Source: a virus
Taxonomy: Duplodnaviria > Heunggongvirae > Uroviricota > Caudoviricetes
Reading direction: 5' to 3' (one strand)
IMG/VR virus record: IMGVR_UViG_2582581022_000007
Span: 1-48,575 of that record
DNA length: 48,575 nucleotides
The position numbers were made by a program, and so were the translations under genes. The notes under the pieces are model-generated. The model had not been told where the DNA came from. It made no database searches and saw nothing but the letters and a program-made list of their open reading frames with translations. Below are positions 1 through 8,631 of this stretch, piece by piece (position 1 is the stretch's first letter; each line of letters opens with the position of its first letter).

Positions 1-1
1 C

Positions 2-562
2 CTTTTCCATGAGCTGGTAACACCATCGATTGTGCTGGAACTGCTGGATGAACAGGAAAGAAACCAGCAATACATCAAACGCCGCGACCAGGAGAACGAG
101 GAGATTGCGCTTACGGTTGGGAAGCTGCGTGTTGAGCTTGAAGCAGCAGAGAACAACCTTATTGATAGTGAATGCCATGTTGCTGAACTGGAAGAAGCTC
201 TACGCGATAAGCAGGCGTTACTTGAAGCCTCAGAAAAGCGCAACGCAAAATTACAAAGCGAGAATGCATACATCCGCAACCGGTACAAAGAACTGGACCT
301 ATTAATCGGGAAAAACATTCTGGTCATGCAGGCTGCCATTATCGAATGGCAGGCAACTGGCGACGCTAAGAGCGGACTAGCATGGATTTATAACACACTG
401 TTTGGCCCTGGCGAATTACCGGACGAATCTGAGAAAGATGCTCAGGCCTACTTTAATCGCAAATATGCACCGATTGACGAAAAGCTTATGGCGCTTCACA
501 AGTGGTTTTGGGAACAAAGTGAAGCCGAGCGCGCCGCTGGCATTCGCATCAAAGGAGAGTGA
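2..562 (+). CDS. hypothetical phage protein, coiled-coil rich; 5' end truncated by window edge
   Basis: Frame is open from window start (no upstream stop); charged/leucine heptad-like segment LRVELEAAENNLIDSECHVAELEEALRDKQALLEASEKRNAKLQSE; stop at 560-562 followed 1 nt later by next gene ATG. Confidence 0.5.
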   Translation, partial: LFHELVTPSIVLELLDEQERNQQYIKRRDQENEEIALTVGKLRVELEAAENNLIDSECHVAELEEALRDKQALLEASEKRNAKLQSENAYIRNRYKELDLLIGKNILVMQAAIIEWQATGDAKSGLAWIYNTLFGPGELPDESEKDAQAYFNRKYAPIDEKLMALHKWFWEQSEAERAAGIRIKGE

Positions 563-563
563 G

Positions 564-755
564 ATGAACGGACAAATCTCAATTGTTCGACCGGGAGCAT
601 GTGACGATTGCGAGATACGAATGATTATTCGTCTGGCGAGGGGGAAAACAATAACTGCTCTCATTACTCCAGAAAATCTCGCATTAGCATTAACCGGAAA
701 GTCAGACCTGCCAGTAGAGCTAAAGCTGCGAAATGTTGAGATTAAGGTGAAATAG
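564..755 (+). CDS. small hypothetical phage protein (63 aa)
   Basis: ATG at 564 preceded by AAAGGAGAG RBS; tight packing with neighbours. Confidence 0.5.
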   Translation: MNGQISIVRPGACDDCEIRMIIRLARGKTITALITPENLALALTGKSDLPVELKLRNVEIKVK

Positions 756-757
756 CT

Positions 758-1153
758 ATGACCACTATTACCAAAGAGCGACTGCTGACAATCAAGCAGT
801 GGCGCGAAACATACGGACCGGGTAGCAACGTTGTACTGCCAGCAGAAGAAGCGGAAGAACTGGCACGAATTGCTCTGGCATCGCTGGAAGTCGAGCCGAT
901 AGGTTTCCGTTGCAGGCGCAATGATAACCTTGGTGATTGGAGTTACGTATATCATCGAGAGCCAGATGATTTTGAGCGCAAACATTTAGTGATAGAGGGC
1001 ATTTACGCCGCCCCTCCAGCGCAAGTAGTACCGGAAGAAAAACCAATGCCTAATCCTCTTAGCATGTACGCGGTTGATGCTGTTGCCGCTATTGCAGAGG
1101 TGAGAGGCTGGAACGCCTGCCGTGCCGCTATGCTTCAGGGGAAAGGAGACTGA
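758..1153 (+). CDS. hypothetical phage protein; N-terminus paralogous to downstream DUF551-like gene
   Basis: N-terminal MTTITKE...ELARIALASLEVEP mirrors MTTITRE...ELARIALASLEAEP of the 1363..1989 product. Confidence 0.55.
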   Translation: MTTITKERLLTIKQWRETYGPGSNVVLPAEEAEELARIALASLEVEPIGFRCRRNDNLGDWSYVYHREPDDFERKHLVIEGIYAAPPAQVVPEEKPMPNPLSMYAVDAVAAIAEVRGWNACRAAMLQGKGD

Positions 1154-1154
1154 T

Positions 1155-1352
1155 ATGGATAAAAACACCACTGCTTACTGGAATCTGTCACTTGATACCG
1201 AATGCCCAAAATGCGGTCACAATTTCGATCTGCTTTGTGACGCTGATTTCTGGGAGTTTTCTGGAGCTAAACAGGCATGTGAAGAAATAAAAGGTTACGA
1301 AACATGCTGTCCAGAATGTAACCATGAATTTAAAACAGATTTCGTGTATTGA
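1155..1352 (+). CDS. small zinc-ribbon-like protein (65 aa)
   Basis: ATG at 1155 with GAAAGGAGAC RBS; two Cys pairs CPKCG ... CCPEC. Confidence 0.5.
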   Translation: MDKNTTAYWNLSLDTECPKCGHNFDLLCDADFWEFSGAKQACEEIKGYETCCPECNHEFKTDFVY

Positions 1353-1362
1353 GGCATAACAA

Positions 1363-1989
1363 ATGACCACTATTACCAGAGAACAGGCACAGAAAATTAT
1401 TGAAGCAGCCGATGAGGTTATTAGTGCGCTTGCCGGAACTAACGAGGATGTTCACCCTGGTAGCGATAACATGCTACGCCTGTGGGATGACCTGAATGAC
1501 CGTTACGCGCCCCCTGAAGTTGTGCGTGAGCTGGCACGAATTGCACTGGCATCACTGGAAGCAGAGCCTGTAAGCCAAACTTACAACTTGCCAGAATTAA
1601 TCGAAGGGATGGAAGTTTCCATTGATGTAAGCACTTGTGATGCTGATTTAGGTAATCGCTATTTCGGTACCGTCACCGAGGCGTTAGAACTTGATACAGC
1701 CAAGAATGGTTACATCCTCCTAGTTCAGGACGCAGAGCCAAACTTCGATGTAAATGGCAACTCTCCGGTAATTCCGGGCGGTTGGATAAGCTGTAGTGAG
1801 CGAATGCCGGATAGCAAAACAGCCGTTCTTGTTGCCAGGGAGTTTGACAGGAAAGGTGACTGGCGAATGAAATGGGCGACTTACATCCCGGGGCATCCTG
1901 ACGCTAATGATGGGTGGGTAATACCTGGTGCGTCGTGGATACCATCACACTGGATGCCGCTACCAGAACCGCCGCAGGAGGCAAAATGA
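1363..1989 (+). CDS. DUF551-like phage protein
   Basis: C-terminal Trp-rich segment GGWISCSERMPDS...WIPSHWMPLPEPP recalled as typical of DUF551 prophage proteins; RBS before ATG. Confidence 0.6.
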   Translation: MTTITREQAQKIIEAADEVISALAGTNEDVHPGSDNMLRLWDDLNDRYAPPEVVRELARIALASLEAEPVSQTYNLPELIEGMEVSIDVSTCDADLGNRYFGTVTEALELDTAKNGYILLVQDAEPNFDVNGNSPVIPGGWISCSERMPDSKTAVLVAREFDRKGDWRMKWATYIPGHPDANDGWVIPGASWIPSHWMPLPEPPQEAK

Positions 1990-2246
1990 TGGATGTAAAA
2001 GAGAAGGTTTTGCAGGTGATACGTTCCCGTGCGGCCCTGCAAGAGAAAGCTCTCGGCGGGGAATATCCATTCACGATAGCAACCTGGAATCTGCGGTTGG
2101 CAATGGAGAAGGAATTTCCTGATGAAGAATGGCGCTCGGCAGATTTGCGCAAAATTCTTATGGAGCTGGCTAAAGACGGAACAGTATCTAAAGATACCCA
2201 TGCCAGCCGGATTGGTCAGGCGGTATGGAGACTGGAGGTGAGGTAA
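1986..2246 (+). CDS. hypothetical phage protein (86 aa)
   Basis: ATG at 1986 with CAGGAGG RBS 5 nt upstream, overlapping stop of previous gene. Confidence 0.5.
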   Translation: MMDVKEKVLQVIRSRAALQEKALGGEYPFTIATWNLRLAMEKEFPDEEWRSADLRKILMELAKDGTVSKDTHASRIGQAVWRLEVR

Positions 2247-2607
2247 TGGCTAAATCCGCAGCAGAACGCAAAGCCGCGCAGCGGGCCCGCCAGGCTGAAT
2301 CTGGTAACCGCAAGCTTGAATTGCAACTCGATGAGCAGGAGCATGAGATGCTGGCGCGGAACTGCGCCGCCCGGCGCCCTGGTCGTGCGCCGCCCGGCGC
2401 CCTGGTCGTGCGCCGTATGAGATGAGCGAGTACATCGCGTTGCTTATCCGCCAGGATGATGCGCGAGTTCGTGGCCGTATCAAGTCAATCAGCACCAACC
2501 GCTGCGGCAAGTGCGGCGATGCGTTGCCGGTTAAGTCGTGTCCGTGCGATGGTGATTCGGCATGTTGGGTGACGCGTGGCTGGCATGAGACTAAATTATC
2601 AGTGTGA
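2246..2607 (+). pseudogene. phage gene split into two overlapping ORFs (2246..2425 and 2422..2607) by a 23-bp tandem duplication; C-terminal Cys-rich zinc-finger-like part
   Basis: Removing one 23-bp unit fuses both ORFs into one ~112-aa frame (..RRPGRAPYEMSEYIALLIRQDD..); current ORFs overlap in ATGA. Confidence 0.5.
2364..2409. repeat. perfect 23-bp tandem duplication (GCGCCGCCCGGCGCCCTGGTCGT x2, plus 6-bp partial third copy to 2415)
   Basis: Direct inspection: 2364-2386 identical to 2387-2409. Confidence 0.9.
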
Positions 2608-2616
2608 CATGTCACG
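2603..2616. promoter_or_regulatory. TGTGACATGTCAC palindrome, copy 1 of 3
   Basis: GTGACATGTCAC at 2604-2615 overlapping the stop codon; same 12-mer recurs at 4846-4857 and 23216-23227. Confidence 0.4.
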
Positions 2617-2637
2617 ATATCGACAATAAATTGCAAT

Positions 2638-2664
2638 GGCCGCCGACTATGGCGGCTTTGTTTT
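2638..2664 (+). terminator. rho-independent terminator-like hairpin upstream of terS
   Basis: GGCCGCC-gactat-GGCGGC hairpin followed by TTTGTTTT. Confidence 0.55.
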
Positions 2665-2710
2665 GCGTGTTACTATTACCAAAATGGTAATTATTACTTT
2701 GGTGGTAACA

Positions 2711-3340
2711 ATGCCCGCAGAACCTAAAGCACCAAAACGCAAATCAACGCAGTATAAGCCACTGACAGCGATGCAGGAGGCTTACGCGCAGGAATACACC
2801 AAATGCCCTGAGAATCAGACTCAGGCAGCGATTAACGCAGGATTCTCACCTAATACGGCAGCGGTAAAAGCCAGCGTCATGATGCGTGATGAGCGTATCC
2901 AGAAACGGATCGCCGAACTGATGGAAGAGCGCAACAAGCGTCTGCGTGTCAGTGCTGATTACGTGCTGCTCCGCCTGGTGGAAATCGACCAGATGGATGT
3001 GCTGGACATCCTGAATGAAGATGGCTCAATGAAGCCGATCAGCAGCTGGCCAAAGGTATGGCGTACTTCTCTCAGTGCTCTTGATATTGCAACGATAAAA
3101 ACCACGCAGGCATCACTGCAAAAAGATAATGGTGAAGCGGATCTGTCAGTTGAGGATGTAGAGCATATTCTCAAAAAAATAAAATGGCCGGACAAGGTGA
3201 AGAACCTTGAGCTTATCGGTAAGCACGTCGACGTCAATGCGTTCAAAGAGCGCCTGGAGGTTTCCGGTACCGTCACGATTGCCGACCGCATGGCGAAGGC
3301 CCGTCGTCGCGTGAAAGAACAGGCTGGTGGTGAAGAATGA
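2711..3340 (+). CDS. terminase small subunit
   Basis: Immediately upstream of and overlapping terL; N-terminal region (AMQEAYAQEY...QTQAAINAGFSPNTAAVKASVMMRDERIQKRI) resembles terminase small subunit HTH region; start chosen at ATG 2711 because the ORF-track start at 2636 would span the terminator hairpin. Confidence 0.7.
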   Translation: MPAEPKAPKRKSTQYKPLTAMQEAYAQEYTKCPENQTQAAINAGFSPNTAAVKASVMMRDERIQKRIAELMEERNKRLRVSADYVLLRLVEIDQMDVLDILNEDGSMKPISSWPKVWRTSLSALDIATIKTTQASLQKDNGEADLSVEDVEHILKKIKWPDKVKNLELIGKHVDVNAFKERLEVSGTVTIADRMAKARRRVKEQAGGEE

Positions 3341-4818
3341 CAGCTGCAGCCATGTCGCCGGAAGATCAGCTCGTCGAGGATATCGCATCGTTCACGTATG
3401 ACCCGCTGGGCTATTCGCTGTATGCGTTTCCGTGGGGCGAAGAGGGAACAGAGCTGGCGCATGCCACCGGTCCGCGAAAATGGCAGGCTGATGCATTCCG
3501 CGAGATACGGGATCACCTTCAGAATCCTGCTACCCGTCACCAGCCACTGATGCTGGCCCGCGCATCCGGTCACGGTATCGGAAAATCCGCTTTCATTTCG
3601 ATGCTGATCAACTGGGGCATGTCCACCTGCGAGGACTGCAAGGTGGTGGTGACCGCCAACACAGACAACCAGCTGCGCACCAAAACATGGCCTGAAATCA
3701 TCAAATGGTCGAACCTGGCTATCACGAAAGAATGGTTCACCTGCACCGCCACGGCGATGTACAGCAACGATCCCGGTCACGACAAACGCTGGCGCGCTGA
3801 CGCAATCCCATGGTCTGAGCACAACACAGAGGCGTTCGCCGGTCTGCACAACGAGCGTAAGCGCATCATCGTCGTATTCGACGAGGCGTCCAACATCGCC
3901 GATCTGGTGTGGGAGGTGGCCGAGGGTGCGCTGACGGACGAAGACACCGAAATCATCTGGGTGGCGTTCGGTAACCCGACGCGTAACACCGGGCGTTTCC
4001 GTGAATGCTTCCGAAAATACAAACACCGCTGGAAGTGCGCGCAGATAGACAGCCGTACTGTCGAAGGAACAAACAAGCAGCAGTTGCAGAAATGGGTGGA
4101 CGACTACGGCGAGGATAGCGACTTTGTGAAGGTCCGTGTGCGCGGGATCTTCCCTGATGCGTCTGAAAACCAGTTTATTCCATCCGGCCTGACGCAACCA
4201 GCTGTTGGCAGGGTTATCACTCCGGCACAGGTCCAGCACGCTGCTGTAGTTCTTGGCGTCGACCCGTCTCACCAGGGTAAAGACCCCGCAGTTATCTACC
4301 TGAGGCAGGGGCTGCACTGCAAAAAACTCGGGGAGTGGCAGCGTACCACTGACGATGTGCTGTTTGCGAAAGTGATCGCCGACTTTGAGGATCAGTACCA
4401 GGCTGATGCTGTGTTTATCGATTACGGCTATGGCACAGGTCTTAAATCTGTTGGCGATAACTGGGGGCGTAACTGGACGCTGATAATGTTCGGCAGCGGT
4501 ACGGCAGATCCTGAAATGGGCAATAAGCGCGGCGAGATGTACAAATCAGCCCGTGATGCGCTGAAGCTTGGTGCGCAACTTGATAGCCAGGATTTAGCCG
4601 ACGAGCTGAGCGCTCCTGAATACAAGGTCAGGCTCAAGGACAGCCGGAAGATTTTGCAGGACAAGGAAGAGGTGAAAGAATTGCTTGGCCGGTCACCTAA
4701 CAACGCCGACGCCTATGTGCTGACTTATGCTGCTCCGGTTACTAAAAAACAGTTCAATTATGGGCAGCAGCAAAGCCAGCAGGGTAAGGCTCTCACAGAG
4801 TACGATCCCTATGCATGA
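3337..4818 (+). CDS. terminase large subunit
   Basis: 493 aa; ATPase region (ARASGHGIGKSAF.. / IIVVFDEAS) followed by nuclease-like C-terminal half; position between terS and portal. Confidence 0.85.
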   Translation: MTAAAMSPEDQLVEDIASFTYDPLGYSLYAFPWGEEGTELAHATGPRKWQADAFREIRDHLQNPATRHQPLMLARASGHGIGKSAFISMLINWGMSTCEDCKVVVTANTDNQLRTKTWPEIIKWSNLAITKEWFTCTATAMYSNDPGHDKRWRADAIPWSEHNTEAFAGLHNERKRIIVVFDEASNIADLVWEVAEGALTDEDTEIIWVAFGNPTRNTGRFRECFRKYKHRWKCAQIDSRTVEGTNKQQLQKWVDDYGEDSDFVKVRVRGIFPDASENQFIPSGLTQPAVGRVITPAQVQHAAVVLGVDPSHQGKDPAVIYLRQGLHCKKLGEWQRTTDDVLFAKVIADFEDQYQADAVFIDYGYGTGLKSVGDNWGRNWTLIMFGSGTADPEMGNKRGEMYKSARDALKLGAQLDSQDLADELSAPEYKVRLKDSRKILQDKEEVKELLGRSPNNADAYVLTYAAPVTKKQFNYGQQQSQQGKALTEYDPYA

Positions 4819-4841
4819 AAAAGCCCGCGCATCGGCGGGCT
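4816..4841 (-). terminator. terminator hairpin between convergent terL and moron gene
   Basis: AGCCCGC-gcatc-GGCGGGCT stem-loop; on the minus strand it is followed by TTTTTCA. Confidence 0.55.
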
Positions 4842-4844
4842 GAT

Positions 4845-4858
4845 TGTGACATGTCACA
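4845..4858. promoter_or_regulatory. TGTGACATGTCACA palindrome, copy 2 (perfect 14-mer)
   Basis: Perfect 14-bp palindrome directly next to the terminator hairpin. Confidence 0.4.
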
Positions 4859-4861
4859 TCA

Positions 4862-5278
4862 TTATTTTTCGCTCATTATCTGCTTCAGAAGATAACCTTC
4901 CAGCATCCAGATTTTATTTACCGCATTTTCGCGGGAAATCTTTCGCCCGATCTCTGGGTCGAAGTTCTCAGGGCTGGCGCATGCACTCTCGCCGGTGACA
5001 GTGAATCCATTTCGCAGCACTAGAACGCAAAACGTAAGTACTGCAGCCTGCTCAGGAATGTTCAACTCCTCAACCTTTTCATCATCTGACTTTGTATCAG
5101 TCAAATATTGATGGCGACCTGCTATACCATCAGCAGCCGTGAAGTAATGCTCACTTACTATAACGTCGGCAATCCGTTGTGGCGTAATGCGCGGCGCGTT
5201 TAAGCCTTTAGCCTGAATTTCCTGCTCGATTGCCATGCAGGATGGTGCTGGAGATGCGGTTGATACCATGATTTTCAC
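4862..5278 (-). CDS. hypothetical protein (moron between terL and portal)
   Basis: 138-aa ORF on opposite strand to the structural operon, AAGGTGA RBS 5 nt before ATG, own terminator. Confidence 0.5.
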   Translation of the reverse strand: MKIMVSTASPAPSCMAIEQEIQAKGLNAPRITPQRIADVIVSEHYFTAADGIAGRHQYLTDTKSDDEKVEELNIPEQAAVLTFCVLVLRNGFTVTGESACASPENFDPEIGRKISRENAVNKIWMLEGYLLKQIMSEK

Positions 5279-5476
5279 CTTAAAAAAATGCCCACCGAAG
5301 TGGGAGAACTGGAAGCAAGGGTGCCTTCCATGGCTTTACGGGTTTACAGCGCAACGTCATCGCAATGGCGTTCTGCTGTAAAAGTGACGGTGGTCAGCAT
5401 CAAGGGAAACTGCCACCGCCAATAGCTACACAGCATCGTTCTTATGGGCGCTTCATCACGGTCCTAAGGCGTGATC

Positions 5477-5553
5477 TGGTGCGGCATGCAGGATTCGAAC
5501 CTGCGACCAACCGCTTAGAAGGCGGTTGCTCTATCCAACTGAGCTAATGCCAC
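5477..5553 (-). tRNA. tRNA-Arg (anticodon UCU)
   Basis: Reverse complement folds as cloverleaf: acceptor GTGGCAT/ATGCCGC, D-arm GCTC-AGTTGGAT-AGAGC, anticodon stem ACCGC/GCGGT with loop CTTCTAA, T-arm GCAGG-TTCGAAT-CCTGC, 3' ACCA. Confidence 0.85.
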
Positions 5554-6112
5554 AACGCTGAGAGCACTCCCATCTTTGCTAATGGGCTTCAAGAGCGGCA
5601 GGCCTACCACTTGGAATGCTCTCATCGTTGCATCCTCGTCTCTTCCGAGGTGTCACACCGTATCGCCACGATGGTGAGTCGTCATGTCCGTGCTTACCTG
5701 ACACTGGCTTGCACATTCCGGCTACCCGGTTGGGGAAGTAGCATCAAGGGAACCCATCCGGACCGCTGCGGCACATGTGCCATATGCCGTACTGCTACAC
5801 ATCTGAAAGCGCACTCCACCGTTTGGATTTAACGACCAGGCTCAAAGGTCATTCACTGAAGCGCGCTTTTAGTTGTGTGCGGAGATGATGCTCCGCTTAT
5901 CCACCGCCTTTACTTTTAAGCCCAATTTATTGCTGCGGTACTCCGGGCTACTGCACAAGCGGTTACATAACCACCTCCGCAATTCGTCAATTCAACACGC
6001 GAACTAATTACCTAAAAGGTAATATCTGATGTTATAAGTGTCAATAGCCTACGCTAAATAAATCATATGTGGTTAAATTGGTAATAATTTAATTGCGTAC
6101 GGAGCTATTGCT

Positions 6113-6319
6113 ATGTGTATCGGCAGCAAGCCATCAGTGCCAGCAGCACCAGAAGTACAGGCCGCGCCACAGGAGCAGGATGCAGCAGTTGTCAGTTCTC
6201 GTGACGATGAAGAGCGCCGCCGCCGTGCAGCTGCTGGTCGCAGTTCTACTCTGCTGACTGGTGCGCAGGGCGACACCTCAACCGCAAACACCAGCGGTAA
6301 AACGCTGCTCGGTCAGTAA
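6113..6319 (+). CDS. small hypothetical protein upstream of portal (68 aa)
   Basis: ATG with GGAG RBS 8 nt upstream; ends 15 nt before portal start; low-complexity Ala/Arg-rich product, so could be spurious. Confidence 0.35.
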   Translation: MCIGSKPSVPAAPEVQAAPQEQDAAVVSSRDDEERRRRAAAGRSSTLLTGAQGDTSTANTSGKTLLGQ

Positions 6320-6333
6320 CGGAGTAGGCAGAG

Positions 6334-8004
6334 ATGGCGGAAACCGAAAAAGAGCGTCTGCTGAAGCAGCTCGCACAGCTGAAGAATGAGCGCACATCGT
6401 TCGAGTCGCACTGGCGTGACCTGAGCGACTTCATCAATCCGCGCGGCTCTCGCTTTCTGACGTCTGATGTAAACCGTGATGATCGTCGAAACACCAAGAT
6501 TGTTGATCCTACTGGCTCAATGGCTCAGCGCATTTTGTCCAGCGGCATGATGTCAGGCATCACCAGCCCGGCACGTCCATGGTTCAAACTGGCAACGCCA
6601 GACCCTGACATGATGGATTATGGTCCGGTTAAAGTCTGGCTGGAAGTCGTGCAGCGCCGCATGAACGAAGTGTTCAACAAGTCAAACCTGTATCAGTCAT
6701 TGCCTGTCATGTACGCCAGCCTTGGCACTTTCGGCACCGCCGCAATGGCTGTGCTCGAAGATGACCAGGACGTGATCCGCACAATGCCTTTCCCGATTGG
6801 CAGCTACTACCTGGCTAACAGCCCGCGCGGCAGCGTCGACACATCCTTCCGCCAGTTCTCCATGACTGTTCGTCAGCTTGTGCAGGAATTCGGTCTGGAT
6901 AACGTCAGCTCATCGGTGCAGGGGATGTGGCAAAACGGCACGTATGAAACGTGGATCGAGGTTAACCACTGCATTACTCCAAACGTTAACCGTGATACCG
7001 GGAAGATGGACAGCAAGAACAAGCCGTTCCGCTCTGTGTACTTCGAGAGTGGCGGCGATTCCGACAAGCTGCTGCGTGAGTCCGGCTTCGATGAATTCCC
7101 GATCCTGGCGCCGCGCTGGGAAGTTAACGGCGAAGACGTTTACGCATCTTCCTGCCCTGGCATGCTGGCACTCGGTCAGGTGAAAGCCCTTCAGGTTGAG
7201 CAGAAGCGTAAAGCTCAGCTGATCGATAAGGCTACTAACCCGCCGATGGTCGCACCTACCTCGCTAAAAACACAGCGTGTTTCCCTGCTGCCTGGTGATG
7301 TGACGTACCTCGACGTGTTGAACGGTCAGGACGGTTTCAAACCTGCATACCTGGTAAACCCGAATACTGCAGATCTGCTGGCTGATATTCAGGATACCCG
7401 CCAGACCATCAACAGCGCCTACTTCGTCGACCTCTTCATGATGCTGCAAAACATCAACACCCGCTCTATGCCGGTGGAAGCAGTGATCGAGATGAAGGAA
7501 GAGAAACTTCTGATGCTTGGCCCGGTGCTGGAGCGCCTGAACGACGAAGCACTTAATCCGCTTATTGACCGCGTTTTCTCCATCATGGCGCGCAAGAACA
7601 TGCTTCCTCCACCGCCGGACGTTATGCAGGGTATGCCGCTGCGTATCGAATACATCTCCGTTATGGCGCAGGCTCAGAAATCTATCGGACTCACCAGCCT
7701 TTCGCAGACCGTTGGCTTCATTGGCCAACTCGCACAGCTCAAACCTGAAGCGCTCGACAAGCTCGACGTTGATCAGGCTATCGACGCGTTCTCCGAAATG
7801 TCCGGCGTATCGCCAACCGTCATCATTCCGCAGGAGCAGGTTCAGGGCATTCGTGAAGAGCGCGCCAAACAGGCACAAGCCGCACAGGCAATGGCAATGG
7901 GGCAGGCCGTAGCGCAGGGAGCCAAGACTCTCAGCGAGACGCAAACCACTGACCCGAGCGCATTAACCGCTATCGCTAATGCAGCAGGAGCACCGCAGCA
8001 ATGA
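6334..8004 (+). CDS. portal (head-to-tail connector) protein, T7-like
   Basis: 556 aa directly after terminase; Q/A-rich C-terminal tail (AKQAQAAQAMAMGQAVAQGAK) like podovirus connector proteins. Confidence 0.75.
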   Translation: MAETEKERLLKQLAQLKNERTSFESHWRDLSDFINPRGSRFLTSDVNRDDRRNTKIVDPTGSMAQRILSSGMMSGITSPARPWFKLATPDPDMMDYGPVKVWLEVVQRRMNEVFNKSNLYQSLPVMYASLGTFGTAAMAVLEDDQDVIRTMPFPIGSYYLANSPRGSVDTSFRQFSMTVRQLVQEFGLDNVSSSVQGMWQNGTYETWIEVNHCITPNVNRDTGKMDSKNKPFRSVYFESGGDSDKLLRESGFDEFPILAPRWEVNGEDVYASSCPGMLALGQVKALQVEQKRKAQLIDKATNPPMVAPTSLKTQRVSLLPGDVTYLDVLNGQDGFKPAYLVNPNTADLLADIQDTRQTINSAYFVDLFMMLQNINTRSMPVEAVIEMKEEKLLMLGPVLERLNDEALNPLIDRVFSIMARKNMLPPPPDVMQGMPLRIEYISVMAQAQKSIGLTSLSQTVGFIGQLAQLKPEALDKLDVDQAIDAFSEMSGVSPTVIIPQEQVQGIREERAKQAQAAQAMAMGQAVAQGAKTLSETQTTDPSALTAIANAAGAPQQ

Positions 8005-8300
8005 CGGATATCGATGACGAAGCCCGCAAAGCAGAGCTTGACGCTAAACAGCAACTTCTGGCGCAGCGCGACATTGACGACATTCAGTTTGTCATGGGTA
8101 GCGAGCAGGGCCGCCGCGTGATCTGGTCACTGCTTGAGAAAGGTCAGGTGTTCGGTGCTTGCTTCAACGTAGATCCACACATCACAGCATTCAACGAAGG
8201 GCAGCGCAACCTGGCTCTGGTTCTTTTTCAGCGCGTCATGGCGCACTGCCCCGATCAGTATCTGAAGATGGCCGCAGAGGCCGGAGAGGACAATTTATGA
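8001..8300 (+). CDS. hypothetical head-assembly protein
   Basis: ATGA overlap with portal stop; in structural operon. Confidence 0.5.
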   Translation: MTDIDDEARKAELDAKQQLLAQRDIDDIQFVMGSEQGRRVIWSLLEKGQVFGACFNVDPHITAFNEGQRNLALVLFQRVMAHCPDQYLKMAAEAGEDNL

Positions 8301-8620
8301 CACAGGTACAAACGCAGCGCGTCGTGCGCCTCGATGGTTCCAGCCAGGTAGTTGAGGTTCCGGATCCTGCTCCGGCAGTAATTGGCGCTCCAACCGCGAC
8401 TGATTACGGTGGCGTAAAACTGGGCGCGACAATCGCGGCCCCGGCTGCAATGACGGCCACCAAGGATACAGCCTCATCGGCATCAGATGTTGCTGGTCTG
8501 CTCACCGACCATAACGACCTGGTTACGAAATATAACGCACTGCTGGATGACACCACAGCAGTGCGCACCACGCTGGCATCAGTTCTGGCGCAACTGAAAG
8601 CCAAAACGATCCCGGTTTAA
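8297..8620 (+). CDS. hypothetical structural protein
   Basis: ATG 8297 with GGAGAGGA RBS, ATGA overlap with previous stop; the longer track ORF from 8159 would overlap the upstream gene. Confidence 0.5.
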   Translation: MTQVQTQRVVRLDGSSQVVEVPDPAPAVIGAPTATDYGGVKLGATIAAPAAMTATKDTASSASDVAGLLTDHNDLVTKYNALLDDTTAVRTTLASVLAQLKAKTIPV

Positions 8621-8631
8621 GGAGATAACCA

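Noticed and set aside
2364-2409. Tandem repeats (here and at 35273-35356) as CRISPR arrays
   Set aside because: Units are directly adjacent with no spacers and only 2-4 copies; no cas genes; they are a duplication and an iteron array respectively.
2959-4317. 452-aa ORF on the minus strand
   Set aside because: Lies entirely antisense to the well-supported terminase genes; GC-rich antisense frame with Arg/Ser/Ala-rich low-complexity product and no RBS; classic shadow ORF.
4845-4858. TGTGACATGTCACA as a CRP binding site
   Set aside because: CRP sites have 6-bp spacing between TGTGA and TCACA half-sites; here the spacing is 4 bp.
5611-5832. 73-aa plus-strand ORF in the non-coding stretch next to the tRNA
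   Set aside because: No RBS, Cys/His/Arg-rich improbable composition; region more likely promoter/leader or RNA.
7264-7944. 226-aa minus-strand ORF inside the portal gene
   Set aside because: Antisense overlap with the portal gene, no start context, low-complexity product.
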